Source of the DNA: Pseudomonadota bacterium
GTDB lineage: Bacteria > Pseudomonadota > Alphaproteobacteria > Paracaedibacterales > CAIOTO01
DNA length: 53,014 bases
Reading direction: 5' to 3'
NCBI GenBank assembly: GCA_040387495.1
Contig: JAZKDQ010000008.1
Location: forward strand, 62,001-115,014
Part shown: positions 38,425-49,020 of the stretch, piece after piece
Position numbering within the stretch: position 1 is the stretch's first letter
Layout of the letters: each line of letters begins with the position of its first letter
The notes under the pieces: model-generated
Database searches by the model: none
What the model was told of the DNA's origin: nothing
The model's input: only the letters and a program-made list of their open reading frames with translations
Made by a program: the position numbers and the translations under genes

Positions 38425-38492
38425 GAATACACCATACAAACCAATACTTTTTAAGTATTATTATGTGTATTTTAAATATAGCATCATATTGA

Positions 38493-38507
38493 TTAACAGT
38501 CAGTTAA
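38493..38507. promoter_or_regulatory. TTAA-N7-TTAA (CtrA-type) site upstream of the hydrolase gene
   Basis: ttaa-cagtcag-ttaa; may be chance. Confidence 0.3.
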
Positions 38508-38561
38508 TTTTAATTACGTATTTATAATTTGAAATGAATACGTAATTAAACATTTACTATA

Positions 38562-39911
38562 TTACTCAGAATCAACTGACTCTTTTTTATTTTGAGATTC
38601 TTGTTGACGAATCATGATGGAAATGAAGAACCCATCGGTCTGATGTACATGGGGAAGTAGCTGCAGACCTAATACGTTGTCGAGTGGGTCGTTAGCGCTT
38701 TGCTTAATGTTCGCTTTTAGATCTTTATAAAATGTTGCTGTGATAATTTCGTTTTCAGTGCACTTATCTGTTACTAATTTAAATTCCGGATGATTTTCTA
38801 AAAACCAGGTGATTTGATCCTGATTTTCTGCTTTCAAAACAGAGCATGTAGCATAAATAAGCCACCCACTTGGCTTAACCATGGGAGCTGCTTTTGTTAA
38901 AATAGTGCGTTGTAATGCTTGAAGTTCAGCAATATCTGTTGCGGTTGTTTTAAATTTCATATCTGGATTACGACGCCATGTACCTGTTCCTGAGCAAGGT
39001 GCATCAACGAGAACACGATCAAAGAACTTGCTGTGACGCTTCAAAAATTTAGGATCATCTGCTTGCTGACAGCGTACATTGTGAATATCGGCACGCTTTA
39101 TTCGTTCGCGTGCACGCTTAAGGCGCCATTCATGGACGTCACAGGCAAATAACTGTCCTTTGTTCTGCATAGCTGCACCTAGGGCAAGTGTCTTGCCACC
39201 AGCGCCTGCGCAGTAGTCTAGTACAGTCATCTTAGCCGAAGCTTCACAGGAAAGCGCAATAAGTTGGGATCCTTCGTCTTGAACTTCGATCATGCCTTCT
39301 TTGAAAAGCGGATGTCCTTCAAGAGATTGGCGTTTATTGAAACGAATGCCAACAGGGCTAAGCAGAGTAGGGGATACCTCAAAGCCATCAGCAGTCAGCA
39401 GTGCTAAAACGGCTTCACGTGTTGATTTAAGTGTATTAACACGCAAATCAAACGTTCCTTCAGTAAGATAGGCTTCTGCAAGTGATTCGCAGGTCTCAGC
39501 TGGCATTGAGTCTAAGAAAAGTGGATAAAGATCAGTTGGAATGGCAAATTTTTCTGCGTCTGTGAACTCTTCTACGGCTTCTAATTGGCACATCTCAAAC
39601 TTAGTTAATTTTTGAGGCGAATATGCATCGCCAGAGAATATTTCACGAAGATCAGACACAGTTAGATTTTCTTCATCCCTTAGTACCATAAGCATAAGAA
39701 GACGTGCATTATCCCCAGTTAAGCGAATATAGCGCGGTACACGACGCAAAGCTGTATACACGTGTGCAGCAATTGAACGTTTATCTTTTGATCCAATGTA
39801 CCGACGTTCACGAAAATATGTATTGAGTATTTTATCGGCTGGAATATTTCTTTGATCAAAAATGAGTTGGCATGCATCAATGGCAGCTTGAATTTGAGCG
39901 GGAGCTTGCAT
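38562..39911 (-). CDS. rsmB: RsmB/NOP family RNA m5C methyltransferase
   Basis: RYIGSKDKR, LRVNTLK, EVQDEGSQ, DYCAGAGGKT, DAPCSGTG, YATCS, TDGFF. Confidence 0.85.
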   Translation of the reverse strand: MQAPAQIQAAIDACQLIFDQRNIPADKILNTYFRERRYIGSKDKRSIAAHVYTALRRVPRYIRLTGDNARLLMLMVLRDEENLTVSDLREIFSGDAYSPQKLTKFEMCQLEAVEEFTDAEKFAIPTDLYPLFLDSMPAETCESLAEAYLTEGTFDLRVNTLKSTREAVLALLTADGFEVSPTLLSPVGIRFNKRQSLEGHPLFKEGMIEVQDEGSQLIALSCEASAKMTVLDYCAGAGGKTLALGAAMQNKGQLFACDVHEWRLKRARERIKRADIHNVRCQQADDPKFLKRHSKFFDRVLVDAPCSGTGTWRRNPDMKFKTTATDIAELQALQRTILTKAAPMVKPSGWLIYATCSVLKAENQDQITWFLENHPEFKLVTDKCTENEIITATFYKDLKANIKQSANDPLDNVLGLQLLPHVHQTDGFFISIMIRQQESQNKKESVDSE

Positions 39912-39929
39912 AATTGTCTTTTCTTGGTT

Positions 39930-40811
39930 TTAATGAATGGGGTCTTGATGAATGATTACATCAGCATTGGGGAAAATAGCAATAACTTTCTGCTCAATCT
40001 CTTCGGCAATGGCATGTGCGTCCTGTAAAGTTAACAATGCATCTATATCAAGGTGCATTTGTATAAATATACGTTGACCTGATGAGCGGGTGCGTAAATC
40101 ATGAACACCTTTAACATTTTTATTTTGCCAAGCAATTGCGCTAATTTGTTTGACAATAGCGTCAGGTAATTCGCGATCCATCAACATATCAAAGGAAATT
40201 TTACCAATTTCATATGATGTTTTGAAAATATAGGCAGCAATTAGAACCGCAACTATCCAGTCAATGTAATGTGCATTCAGCGTGTTTGCCAAAAAGAAGC
40301 TGAGTAGAACACCTATGTTTGTCAATAAATCTGTTTTGTAATGGAGTGAATCGGCGGCTACTGCAATTGAGTTTGTTCGTGCTACTACGTAGCGTTGCCA
40401 TAAGATTAGGATTAATGTTAAAAGTGATGCCACAATCATGACAATGACTGCCATCGGATGAAATATCAATTTTTCAGGAGAAATAATTCGATATATAACT
40501 TCTTTTAATAACCATACCGATGATCCTGCAATAAAGAGTGATTGGAACAAGCCAGCCAAGGCTTCTACTTTTCCATGTCCAAAACGGTGGTCTTCATCCG
40601 CAGGTTCAAGCGCTTGACGAATAGCAAAAAAATTAACGATAGATACACAGCCATCAAGCACAGAATCTATAAGCGATGCTTTTATACTGAGAGAGCCAGT
40701 AAGAGAATAGGCAAATGCTTTGCCAAGGACCAATAACGCAGCAACAATTACGGCAGCAATTGTGGCACTTTGTAGTAAAAATCGTTGAGATAAGGTAGAA
40801 TTTTGAGCCAT
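39930..40811 (-). CDS. fieF: Cation diffusion facilitator (FieF/YiiP-like)
   Basis: ASLIDS, PADEDHRFGHGKVE, ADSLHY.TD, HDLRTR.SG, IHQDP. Confidence 0.85.
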   Translation of the reverse strand: MAQNSTLSQRFLLQSATIAAVIVAALLVLGKAFAYSLTGSLSIKASLIDSVLDGCVSIVNFFAIRQALEPADEDHRFGHGKVEALAGLFQSLFIAGSSVWLLKEVIYRIISPEKLIFHPMAVIVMIVASLLTLILILWQRYVVARTNSIAVAADSLHYKTDLLTNIGVLLSFFLANTLNAHYIDWIVAVLIAAYIFKTSYEIGKISFDMLMDRELPDAIVKQISAIAWQNKNVKGVHDLRTRSSGQRIFIQMHLDIDALLTLQDAHAIAEEIEQKVIAIFPNADVIIHQDPIH

Positions 40812-41106
40812 GTTACTTTGTCACTGAGAATCGAACTATATTCTATGCTTTTAGAAATAAACGAAATTCGATTAAAAAGCGAACCTATTTTTTAATTGGC
40901 AGAAATCAATCAAGTTATATACGTCCTTAAAGGAAGTGCCTAATGAACATTCATAGCACAAAGAGAGTGACTTGAATATTTTTCTATTGAATACACGTAA
41001 ACTTTGTTGAATTGTACAAAGGAAGAGAGCTCACGCCTAATCCATGTAGTTATAATAACGCAATACAATTCCCTGATGAACAGCAGCGGAAATAGTAATG
41101 CATATT

Positions 41107-41598
41107 TTATGCAGCAAGAAATACATTACTACCTAATTTAGGTGATTCCATATTTTCAATTTCAGCATATGCCTCCGTTACGGAATTTGAAAAATTATTA
41201 GTGGTAATAGGGTATTCAGCCGCCATAATTTCATTGCTATCTGTGCTAACCAAAGTATTTTGTTCATCTGCCGGTGATTGAGAAGAAGCAACACCATTCT
41301 GCATTACTGCATCATCATTTTCCTGTGTCACCGCATCATCATTGGTTGAATCACCATATTCTGTGGTAATGCTATTGGCATTCTGCTGCGTTATAAATAT
41401 TTGCGATAGAACTTCATCTGTCAACAAACTTTTAGCAACGTTTATTGGATCCATCTTTGTTGGTGCGCGCGATACCGAAACAGTGAGATCATTTGCTTTT
41501 TGACAATCATCAACGTTGCTTGTCGTTCTACCTATAAGTGGATTTCGAGTTGTTCCTGTATAAGAACCTGCGTTTGGAAATAATCCTTCTAAACTCAT
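41107..41598 (-). CDS. Acidic, low-complexity hypothetical protein
   Basis: 163 aa, GGAGG SD, internal NDDAV duplication at 24-nt spacing, ends LGSNVFLAA. Confidence 0.7.
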   Translation of the reverse strand: MSLEGLFPNAGSYTGTTRNPLIGRTTSNVDDCQKANDLTVSVSRAPTKMDPINVAKSLLTDEVLSQIFITQQNANSITTEYGDSTNDDAVTQENDDAVMQNGVASSQSPADEQNTLVSTDSNEIMAAEYPITTNNFSNSVTEAYAEIENMESPKLGSNVFLAA

Positions 41599-41764
41599 GG
41601 TGTCCTCCGTATTGAATTTAAATTCCTAATAATAAAAATAGTTTTAAATAAACGGAAGTCAACACTTGTTTGGAAAAAAGTTTAAATTACTTTTGTTATT
41701 CATTTGTATTTAATGTTGTTTGATAGCGATAGCTATGTATTATGTGATTCTATTCTTTTAATAC

Positions 41765-43027
41765 TTAATCAGCTTTGGTGATCTTAACCATGGTTATTTG
41801 ATTTCTCTGCCTACGAATAATCTCAAATTTAAATCCATGTAAGCTAAAGATCTGACCGATTTGAGGAATTGTGCGTGTTTCGTATAAAATAAATCCTCCA
41901 AGAGTCGCTGCATCTTCATCAGGCAAATCCCAATAAAGTTGGCGATTAAGATCACGCAAAGTCACACTTCCATCGACAACGTAAGAACCATCTTCTTGGG
42001 GGCGAATTCCACGTACAGCAATATCATGTTCATCTGTGATATCACCAACGATTTCTTCCAAAATATCTTCTAATGTTACAATACCAAGCAATGCACCGTA
42101 TTCATCCACGACGAGGGAAAAATGCTCACGTCTGGCACGAAAAGCATGCAGTTGGTCGAGTAAATCTGTACTTTCAGGAATAAACCACGGTTTTGTAGCT
42201 ATTGATTCAATCGTGAGTTTATCATCCGTGATATCAGAGTGCGAGCGAACCGCTCGCAAAAGTGCCTTCGTATTTACGATGCCAATAACATTATCTGGGT
42301 TATCTTTCCAAAGTGGTAATCGTGTAAAGGGACAAGCAAGAACTTGTTCAACAATAGAATTAAGTGAATCGGCAGCATCGAGCATCGTTACATTCTTACG
42401 ATGAATCATGATTTCAGAAACGTTGACGGACCCAAGATCTAAAATGCTTTTAAGCATGGCCTTTTCATGCACAACATCTTGATTTTGCCCGGTATGAAGG
42501 TCGATGGCTCCACGAAGTTCTTCAACAGAAGCCTGGTAATCTCCTGGAGATGCTGTTGTTTTAATGCCAAATAAACCAACGCTTTTCCGCGCAATCCAAT
42601 GAATAACATGATTACATGGCCTAAAGAGATTAAATACAACACGCAAGAATTTAGCAGACATTAATAAAAGTTTTTCTGAATGTACAATAGCCAGCATTTT
42701 TGGCATAACTTCGCAATAAACAACAATAATAACACTCATGATTGATGCAGCAATTTCACCGCCGCGTTCTCCCCATACAGAATAACAAAGTTTACCAGCA
42801 AAGATGACAGCCCAGGCATTAAGCACAATGTTACAACTAATAAATACACTAATTGCATAACCTAAGTTTTGTTGAAAATGTTTAATAATAGCCGCTCGTT
42901 TATCACCCTCTTTTGCAAGTTGATGAAAGCGTGCTTTTGATGCTGCTGTAATTGCGGTCTCACATGCTGAGAAGAATGATGATATACCCAAAAATGTGAG
43001 AATGATAACAATAAGTATAATGTCCAT
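41765..43027 (-). CDS. HlyC/CorC (CNNM-CBS-CorC) family transporter
   Basis: FFSACETA, EVMPK, FTRLP, VVDEYG, VTLEDILEEIVGDI.DEHD. Confidence 0.92.
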   Translation of the reverse strand: MDIILIVIILTFLGISSFFSACETAITAASKARFHQLAKEGDKRAAIIKHFQQNLGYAISVFISCNIVLNAWAVIFAGKLCYSVWGERGGEIAASIMSVIIVVYCEVMPKMLAIVHSEKLLLMSAKFLRVVFNLFRPCNHVIHWIARKSVGLFGIKTTASPGDYQASVEELRGAIDLHTGQNQDVVHEKAMLKSILDLGSVNVSEIMIHRKNVTMLDAADSLNSIVEQVLACPFTRLPLWKDNPDNVIGIVNTKALLRAVRSHSDITDDKLTIESIATKPWFIPESTDLLDQLHAFRARREHFSLVVDEYGALLGIVTLEDILEEIVGDITDEHDIAVRGIRPQEDGSYVVDGSVTLRDLNRQLYWDLPDEDAATLGGFILYETRTIPQIGQIFSLHGFKFEIIRRQRNQITMVKITKAD

Positions 43028-43035
43028 GAGAGCCT

Positions 43036-43536
43036 TTAATTGCTGATATCTATCTGAGATTGCTTATCTGTAGTTATTTCTTCTGATTGCTGTTCCATTG
43101 AAGAAATGCAATCAATGAAATCTTGAACATTTGCAAAATCTTTGTAAATGCTTGCAAAACGTACATATGCAACTGGATCTAAATTAAATAAGGATTGCAT
43201 AACCATTTCGCCAATAACATGTGTAGAGATCTCAGCTTCTCCGCTGGTCTCGAACTGTCTGATAATACTGGAAATAACCCGTTCTATTTTGTTAGGATCT
43301 AGAGAATGTTTTTGCATTGCGGATGAAACAGATCTTACAAGTTTCTCACGATCAAAAGGTACACGTTCTCCATTTTTTTTAATAACCATAAGGTCACGCA
43401 ATTGAATTCGCTCAAAGGTCGTAAATCGCGAACCACATTCACCGCAAATACGACGACGGCGAATAGCCGCCTGGTCATCGGTTGTACGTGAATCTTTTAC
43501 TGAGGTGTCACTATGGCCACAAAATGGACATCGCAT
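43036..43536 (-). CDS. nrdR: Transcriptional repressor NrdR
   Basis: MRCPFC, VKDSR, IRRRRIC..C..RFTTFE, ATP cone, VAYVRFAS. Confidence 0.97.
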   Translation of the reverse strand: MRCPFCGHSDTSVKDSRTTDDQAAIRRRRICGECGSRFTTFERIQLRDLMVIKKNGERVPFDREKLVRSVSSAMQKHSLDPNKIERVISSIIRQFETSGEAEISTHVIGEMVMQSLFNLDPVAYVRFASIYKDFANVQDFIDCISSMEQQSEEITTDKQSQIDISN

Positions 43537-43541
43537 TTAAT

Positions 43542-44816
43542 TTAAGCCTTTTTATAAATAGGGAATGATTGGCAAAGAACATCAATTTCTTTATGTACTT
43601 CTGGGAGAACAGAGTCTGTAGTGCCATCTGCGATTGATTTTACAGTGCGTGCGATTAAGCCACCAATTAGTTCAAACTGGCTTACTCCAAAACCACGTGT
43701 TGTGCATGCAGCCGCACCTAGACGAATGCCAGATGTGATGACCGGTGGCATTGGATCATTAGGAATACCATTTTTATTGCACGTCATGCGGGCTAGATCT
43801 AAAACGGTTTCTGCATCTTTTCCAGACACACCAGCTGATCTCAAATCGACAAGAATGAGATGTGAATCTGTGCCACCTGAAATGAGTGAAAAACCTTCAT
43901 TGATAAGTGTACGTCCCATGGCTTGTGTGTTTTCGACAACTTTGTTTACATATGTTTTGAAGCTAGGTTCAAGTGCTTCACCAAAGGCAACTGCTTTCGC
44001 AGCAATTACGTGCATTAAAGGGCCTCCTTGAAGGCCAGGGAAAATAGCTGAATTTACTTTTTTTGCAATTGTTTCATCATTTGTGAGGATGATGCCACCT
44101 CGAGGGCCGCGCAATGTTTTATGCGTTGTTGATGTAACAACGTGGGCGTATGGTACTGGGTTAGGATAAGCGCCGCCTGCAGAAAGCCCTGCAAAATGCG
44201 CCATATCGACCATAAGATAGGCACCAACGCTATCGGATATCTCACGAAAACGCGCGAAATCAATGGTACGTGGGTAGGCAGAACCACCCGTTATAATCAG
44301 TTTTGGTTTATGTTTTTCAGCTAATCGTTGAACTTCATCATAATCAATAAGATGTGTTTCAGGGTGAACCTCATAGCTTACTGCATTAAACCATTTTCCT
44401 GATAAATTTACAGGTGATCCATGGGTTAAATGTCCGCCATGGTTCAGCGATAATCCTAAAAATGTGTCACCTGGATTAAGAAGTGCTAGAAATACGCCTT
44501 GATTTGCTTGAGAACCCGAATGTGGTTGTACATTAGCAAATTCGCACCCGAACAATTTTTTCAAACGTTGAATAGCAAGGGTCTCAACAACGTCAACGTA
44601 CTCGCACCCGCCATAATAGCGGCGTCCAGCGTAGCCTTCAGCATACTTATTAGTCATGACCGAACCTTGCGCAAGCATTACCGCATGGGAAACATAGTTT
44701 TCAGAAGCAATTAATTCAATTTTATCATGTTGCCGCAGAAATTCACTTTGAATAGCGTCCCAAACTAATGGGTCTGAATCGGACAAGTGGCGTTCGAAGA
44801 ATGTATTTGTTGACAT
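43542..44816 (-). CDS. glyA: Serine hydroxymethyltransferase
   Basis: [43 protein letters not shown]. Confidence 0.98.
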   Translation of the reverse strand: MSTNTFFERHLSDSDPLVWDAIQSEFLRQHDKIELIASENYVSHAVMLAQGSVMTNKYAEGYAGRRYYGGCEYVDVVETLAIQRLKKLFGCEFANVQPHSGSQANQGVFLALLNPGDTFLGLSLNHGGHLTHGSPVNLSGKWFNAVSYEVHPETHLIDYDEVQRLAEKHKPKLIITGGSAYPRTIDFARFREISDSVGAYLMVDMAHFAGLSAGGAYPNPVPYAHVVTSTTHKTLRGPRGGIILTNDETIAKKVNSAIFPGLQGGPLMHVIAAKAVAFGEALEPSFKTYVNKVVENTQAMGRTLINEGFSLISGGTDSHLILVDLRSAGVSGKDAETVLDLARMTCNKNGIPNDPMPPVITSGIRLGAAACTTRGFGVSQFELIGGLIARTVKSIADGTTDSVLPEVHKEIDVLCQSFPIYKKA

Positions 44817-44835
44817 GATAATACCTGGATATAAC

Positions 44836-44910
<75 letters not shown>

Positions 44911-45025
44911 ATTTTAAAAACAGGACAATGATCGCATATGGATGTGCTTATATCAAGGGAAAATGACTTTATGTAGTTAGACTCGAGCCTTGCCTCTCAT
45001 ATTTTCTCACACCAATAATAATCAG

Positions 45026-47011
45026 CTATAAAACTATTTTAGATTTAATCACCGCCATAATTTCATTGCGTTTCTTTCCTATTTCAGTAAAACTCTCAAA
45101 ATATGAAGAAATAGCCCAATAAAAGGTAGAGAAAAAGGCGACGCTAGTGCCGGCTAAAACAAACGTCAGTAAAGCAGGGTCTTTCATGTAGTCAATGCAA
45201 AGCTCAGCTCGAGCTGCTGCTGCTCCACCTGCAAGTAAAACAGATAGACCGTCTGCTGCATATTCTTGTAGCCATTCGAGTTGGCTTATATTTCTTTTGT
45301 TTGTTGAAGAAAGAAAATGATTCCTTTTATATATTTGTGTATCAACTGCTCGGGAGAGTTTTATAGCACAGGCTTTGAATACCTCATATGCGCTTTTTAT
45401 CTGTACCGTGTTTTGAACAATTGAAAGAATGAGAGCACCTACATATGTTAATGTTATGATATCTTTAGGTGATAATTCTGAATTGGTTGTTTGTAGAAAT
45501 AAATTGTAAAGCGTAAACCCTACTTTAAATATGTATATCCCACCAAAAATACCAGAGAGTCCAGGGCCAAAAGCTATTCCAGCACCTTCTTTGATCCAAA
45601 ATTGTTTTTGTGTATCAGATTCTGTTGATTTAATTTGTTTCATCAAATCTTCAAATTTGTCATCAGGTATTCTTTGGGACTCAGGTTCTTCTGCTTCTTT
45701 AAATTTATCATATGAAACATGAATTTCATCCCTGCTTAATGCAGCTACTTCTTCAAGTCTGCTTTTATAAAACCATATTTTTTCATTTTCTGTTTTTCTT
45801 AATTTTAATAATTCATCAAAATAATTAACAAAAGCTATTTGTGCTTTGTGGAAAAGAAGAAGTGTGTTGATGAAATTAAATGCGTATACAGCACTCGAAA
45901 GAGCAGGAGAAATATCGTTAGTCACAATGCCACTAACGTAGGCAGCAGGAATTGATGAAATTCCTGCTGCAGTAAACTTCAACAAACACGAACTACATGT
46001 ATATGCATTTTGTGATAGAGATTTGCTTCTTTCATATGGAATGTCATTCATTGTTAATCCCATATTATTTTTATGAAATAGTATGGCGTTTGCTATAAGT
46101 GAATCAATTAATAATATGTATGCAATTTCTTGATTTTTTCGAGCCCCTAAATTGTAGGCGAGGATAGCAAGTCCAATTGAGCCAACTAGTGAAGATGCCC
46201 CAGAAATGCCAGCTTTAGCATAATAAATGACGTTGTCAGATGGTAGGGGCTCTCTGTTGGGGAGTTCATTTTTATCCTCAGCTTTTTCTTCATCTAATGT
46301 ATCGCTCTTTGCACTTACAGGACTTACCAGGCTGTTAGGGCTTTCACTACATTCTTCTAATCTCTGTAAAACATGTATGGGCTTTTCAGGTATAATAACA
46401 CTTAATAAAATACTTTCCTTCCCATTTTCAATGTCAGGCATATCAGGAAACTTGGGAGGGTGAGTGGACTTAGAGTGCTGAGATTTGTTTAATACATCGT
46501 AAGTTGGTGTCCCTGCATTGCTTCTAACATTTTCATCATCCGACCACTTAGATTGTGGAGTTGTTCTGTTACTATTATTTTCTGGCGTTCTGCTTCTGGA
46601 GCATTTATCACTCAGATTCTTGTGAGGAGGCGTCACTTCGATCGCCTTAAATAAAGCTTGAGTTGGTGTTTCATTCCTTGAATTTGGCAATTCATCTATG
46701 CCTTCGTAACCGTTCGTTGGCGTTGATCTTATGCTGCTGTGGCTTTCTTCACTTGTTTTTCCATCAAAAATGCTTTCAAATCTTTTAGATTGGCAAATTT
46801 CAAGATCGTCACTGCTTTCTTCTTGCCCCCATTTTTCCTCTTGAACAGACCCTATAATTTTATGACATAAGCCACTTTTGCTCACATATTCTGCTTCTTC
46901 CATTGCAGAATTTTCCATCGCATAAGATTGAGCAATGCTCATCAGTAAGTAACTTGCTAAAATAGCGTGGGTAATAAGTTTACGTGCGAAGGTAAATATC
47001 TTCTGTTTCAT
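45026..47011 (-). CDS. Orphan membrane protein: signal peptide, S/T/P/E-rich disordered N-half, multi-TM C-half
   Basis: 661 aa ORF; SYA/MEN cleavage-like site; several hydrophobic segments in two clusters. Confidence 0.75.
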   Translation of the reverse strand: MKQKIFTFARKLITHAILASYLLMSIAQSYAMENSAMEEAEYVSKSGLCHKIIGSVQEEKWGQEESSDDLEICQSKRFESIFDGKTSEESHSSIRSTPTNGYEGIDELPNSRNETPTQALFKAIEVTPPHKNLSDKCSRSRTPENNSNRTTPQSKWSDDENVRSNAGTPTYDVLNKSQHSKSTHPPKFPDMPDIENGKESILLSVIIPEKPIHVLQRLEECSESPNSLVSPVSAKSDTLDEEKAEDKNELPNREPLPSDNVIYYAKAGISGASSLVGSIGLAILAYNLGARKNQEIAYILLIDSLIANAILFHKNNMGLTMNDIPYERSKSLSQNAYTCSSCLLKFTAAGISSIPAAYVSGIVTNDISPALSSAVYAFNFINTLLLFHKAQIAFVNYFDELLKLRKTENEKIWFYKSRLEEVAALSRDEIHVSYDKFKEAEEPESQRIPDDKFEDLMKQIKSTESDTQKQFWIKEGAGIAFGPGLSGIFGGIYIFKVGFTLYNLFLQTTNSELSPKDIITLTYVGALILSIVQNTVQIKSAYEVFKACAIKLSRAVDTQIYKRNHFLSSTNKRNISQLEWLQEYAADGLSVLLAGGAAAARAELCIDYMKDPALLTFVLAGTSVAFFSTFYWAISSYFESFTEIGKKRNEIMAVIKSKIVL

Positions 47012-47067
47012 AGATTTGCTTCCTGCAATATATGTTTTCTATCTGAAATTATTTTTTTATTATTAGT

Positions 47068-49020
47068 TTATGTTTTTGGAAATGTGAATATAAACTCACT
47101 ACCTCCACCAGGTGGTGATTCAACATAAATTTCTCCAAGGTGCTCATGAACAATCTTTTGACAGATTGAGAGTCCAATACCAGAACCTTCGTATTGATTC
47201 TTACTATTTAGGCGTTTGAACATCGTAAATACACTTTTATGATATTCTTTTTCAATTCCTATACCATTATCGCGCACATGAAATTCCCAAAAGAGCTCAT
47301 GTTCAATTGAAAATATATCAATTATAACTGGTTTTTCGGAATGAAACTTGAGTGAGTTGGAAATTAAATTTGTAAAGAGTTGATTAACTTGCGTGGGTTC
47401 ACCTAAAATTGTTGGTAAATGACCTACGTTTAAACGCGCTCCAATTTCTAAAAAACGATATTCAAGTGTGTCATTAATTTTACAAATGATATTATTGACA
47501 TTTAAAGGAATTCTTTCACAAGCAGACTGGCCTACAATCTTCGAATATTCCAAAATATCTTTTATAAGAACATCCATACGGTCAACACCTTTAAGTATGT
47601 GGCGCATGTAAAGCATAGATTCGTTATTAAAATGCTCTGAGTTTGTATTAAACAAAAGGTGAATAAAATTTGAAATACTACGTAATGGTTCCTTTAAATC
47701 GTGAGAGCATACATGGGCAAAACGTTCAAGCGCTTGATTTGATCGACTTAAGTTTTTGACGGTTGCTTTAAGATTTTTTTCAGCTTTTATCCGATCAGTA
47801 ACTATTTTTGAATATATAAATATTCCACCTATGGATCCATTTACGGTGTACCATGGATGCATTGTGCCCTCAACCCAGATGGGTTTTTCGAAAATGTGAT
47901 TTGCCTTGGCATCCAAATATACTTGCACTTCTCCGCGCATAGCGGCTTGGTGTCGTTTGCGCCAGACTTCGGGTGTGCTAGGAAGGATATCATAGTGCGA
48001 CTTTCCAATAAATCCCTGAGTTCTGTTTGTTGTAAAAGCTTTATGCCATTCATCACTTACAAATTTATAACACATGTTTGTATCAAGCATTGCCACAGGT
48101 ACAGGGACCTGCTTTATAAAGAAAGAAAGCATATTATCAAGCTCGCTTCGGTTTATTTCGAGCTTATAAATACTGATTATATGTGTTGCTGCGCCGATAA
48201 GAGGTCCTAAAAAATCGATAAGCGTGTCATCAAAAGGTTCATTTCTCTCAATAATAATCATGCCTTTTTGTTTAAATGGGAGGTCCAAGCAAATGCCTAA
48301 ATATGATATTTCTTGACTACTCTTAATAACAAAATTCTCAGCGAAGAAGAGTGTATTAATAAATTCAATCTTTTCCGATGACATCTCTAAACTATTAATA
48401 TCAACATTTTCTAAATTGTGCAAAAGAGGAGCATCTTCATTGTCTTTATTTACACAATTTATAGGGGAAAAAAATAATTTAGCATTATTAGAATCTGTGA
48501 GTAGTTCAAATGATTCTAATATGCTGTTAAAAATATTATTATACGGAACCTTGCATTTATGATGTTCTTTAATTTTATTAACTTCAGAATATAGAAGCTG
48601 CATTCTTTCTAATTTTTTTTCGGTTTCTTTAAAATTGGTGATTTCTGTGCATATTGTAATAGAACGTAATGGGCGGCCTAAACTATCAACCTCAATAATT
48701 TTTCCACGTACCCTAAACCACCTCCATTTTCCATCGGGGCACATTTTACGGCTTTCATAAAGGATATAGGTTATTTGTCCTGAGAGCACTCCTGCACGTA
48801 AATCATTTACTGTAGCTACATCATCGGGGTGATCTAACTGCGTCCATTCCGTATAAGTCTGGTTAATATCATTTGTTTTGAGTGCTATTATTTTAGACAA
48901 ATAGGGACACAACGTTATTCTATTTTCTTGTATCAACCACTCAATAAGACCAAAATTCGATTCAAGTGAGTCGCCATCCAATGGCAAGCAGTCTGTTTGT
49001 ATTTTTTTTTCAATTGTCAT
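47068..49020 (-). CDS. Soluble PAS-domain sensor histidine kinase (phytochrome-type HisKA/HATPase)
   Basis: PAS HPDD...DGKWRW...RG; second PAS PVAMLD...GKSHY; H-box SHDLKEPLR; DNGIG, GSGIGL; no TM. Confidence 0.9.
   Translation of the reverse strand: MTIEKKIQTDCLPLDGDSLESNFGLIEWLIQENRITLCPYLSKIIALKTNDINQTYTEWTQLDHPDDVATVNDLRAGVLSGQITYILYESRKMCPDGKWRWFRVRGKIIEVDSLGRPLRSITICTEITNFKETEKKLERMQLLYSEVNKIKEHHKCKVPYNNIFNSILESFELLTDSNNAKLFFSPINCVNKDNEDAPLLHNLENVDINSLEMSSEKIEFINTLFFAENFVIKSSQEISYLGICLDLPFKQKGMIIIERNEPFDDTLIDFLGPLIGAATHIISIYKLEINRSELDNMLSFFIKQVPVPVAMLDTNMCYKFVSDEWHKAFTTNRTQGFIGKSHYDILPSTPEVWRKRHQAAMRGEVQVYLDAKANHIFEKPIWVEGTMHPWYTVNGSIGGIFIYSKIVTDRIKAEKNLKATVKNLSRSNQALERFAHVCSHDLKEPLRSISNFIHLLFNTNSEHFNNESMLYMRHILKGVDRMDVLIKDILEYSKIVGQSACERIPLNVNNIICKINDTLEYRFLEIGARLNVGHLPTILGEPTQVNQLFTNLISNSLKFHSEKPVIIDIFSIEHELFWEFHVRDNGIGIEKEYHKSVFTMFKRLNSKNQYEGSGIGLSICQKIVHEHLGEIYVESPPGGGSEFIFTFPKT

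Noticed and set aside
40920..41100. Possible decayed ORF after an AAGGAAG SD-like site
   Set aside because: Multiple stops and no recognisable similarity
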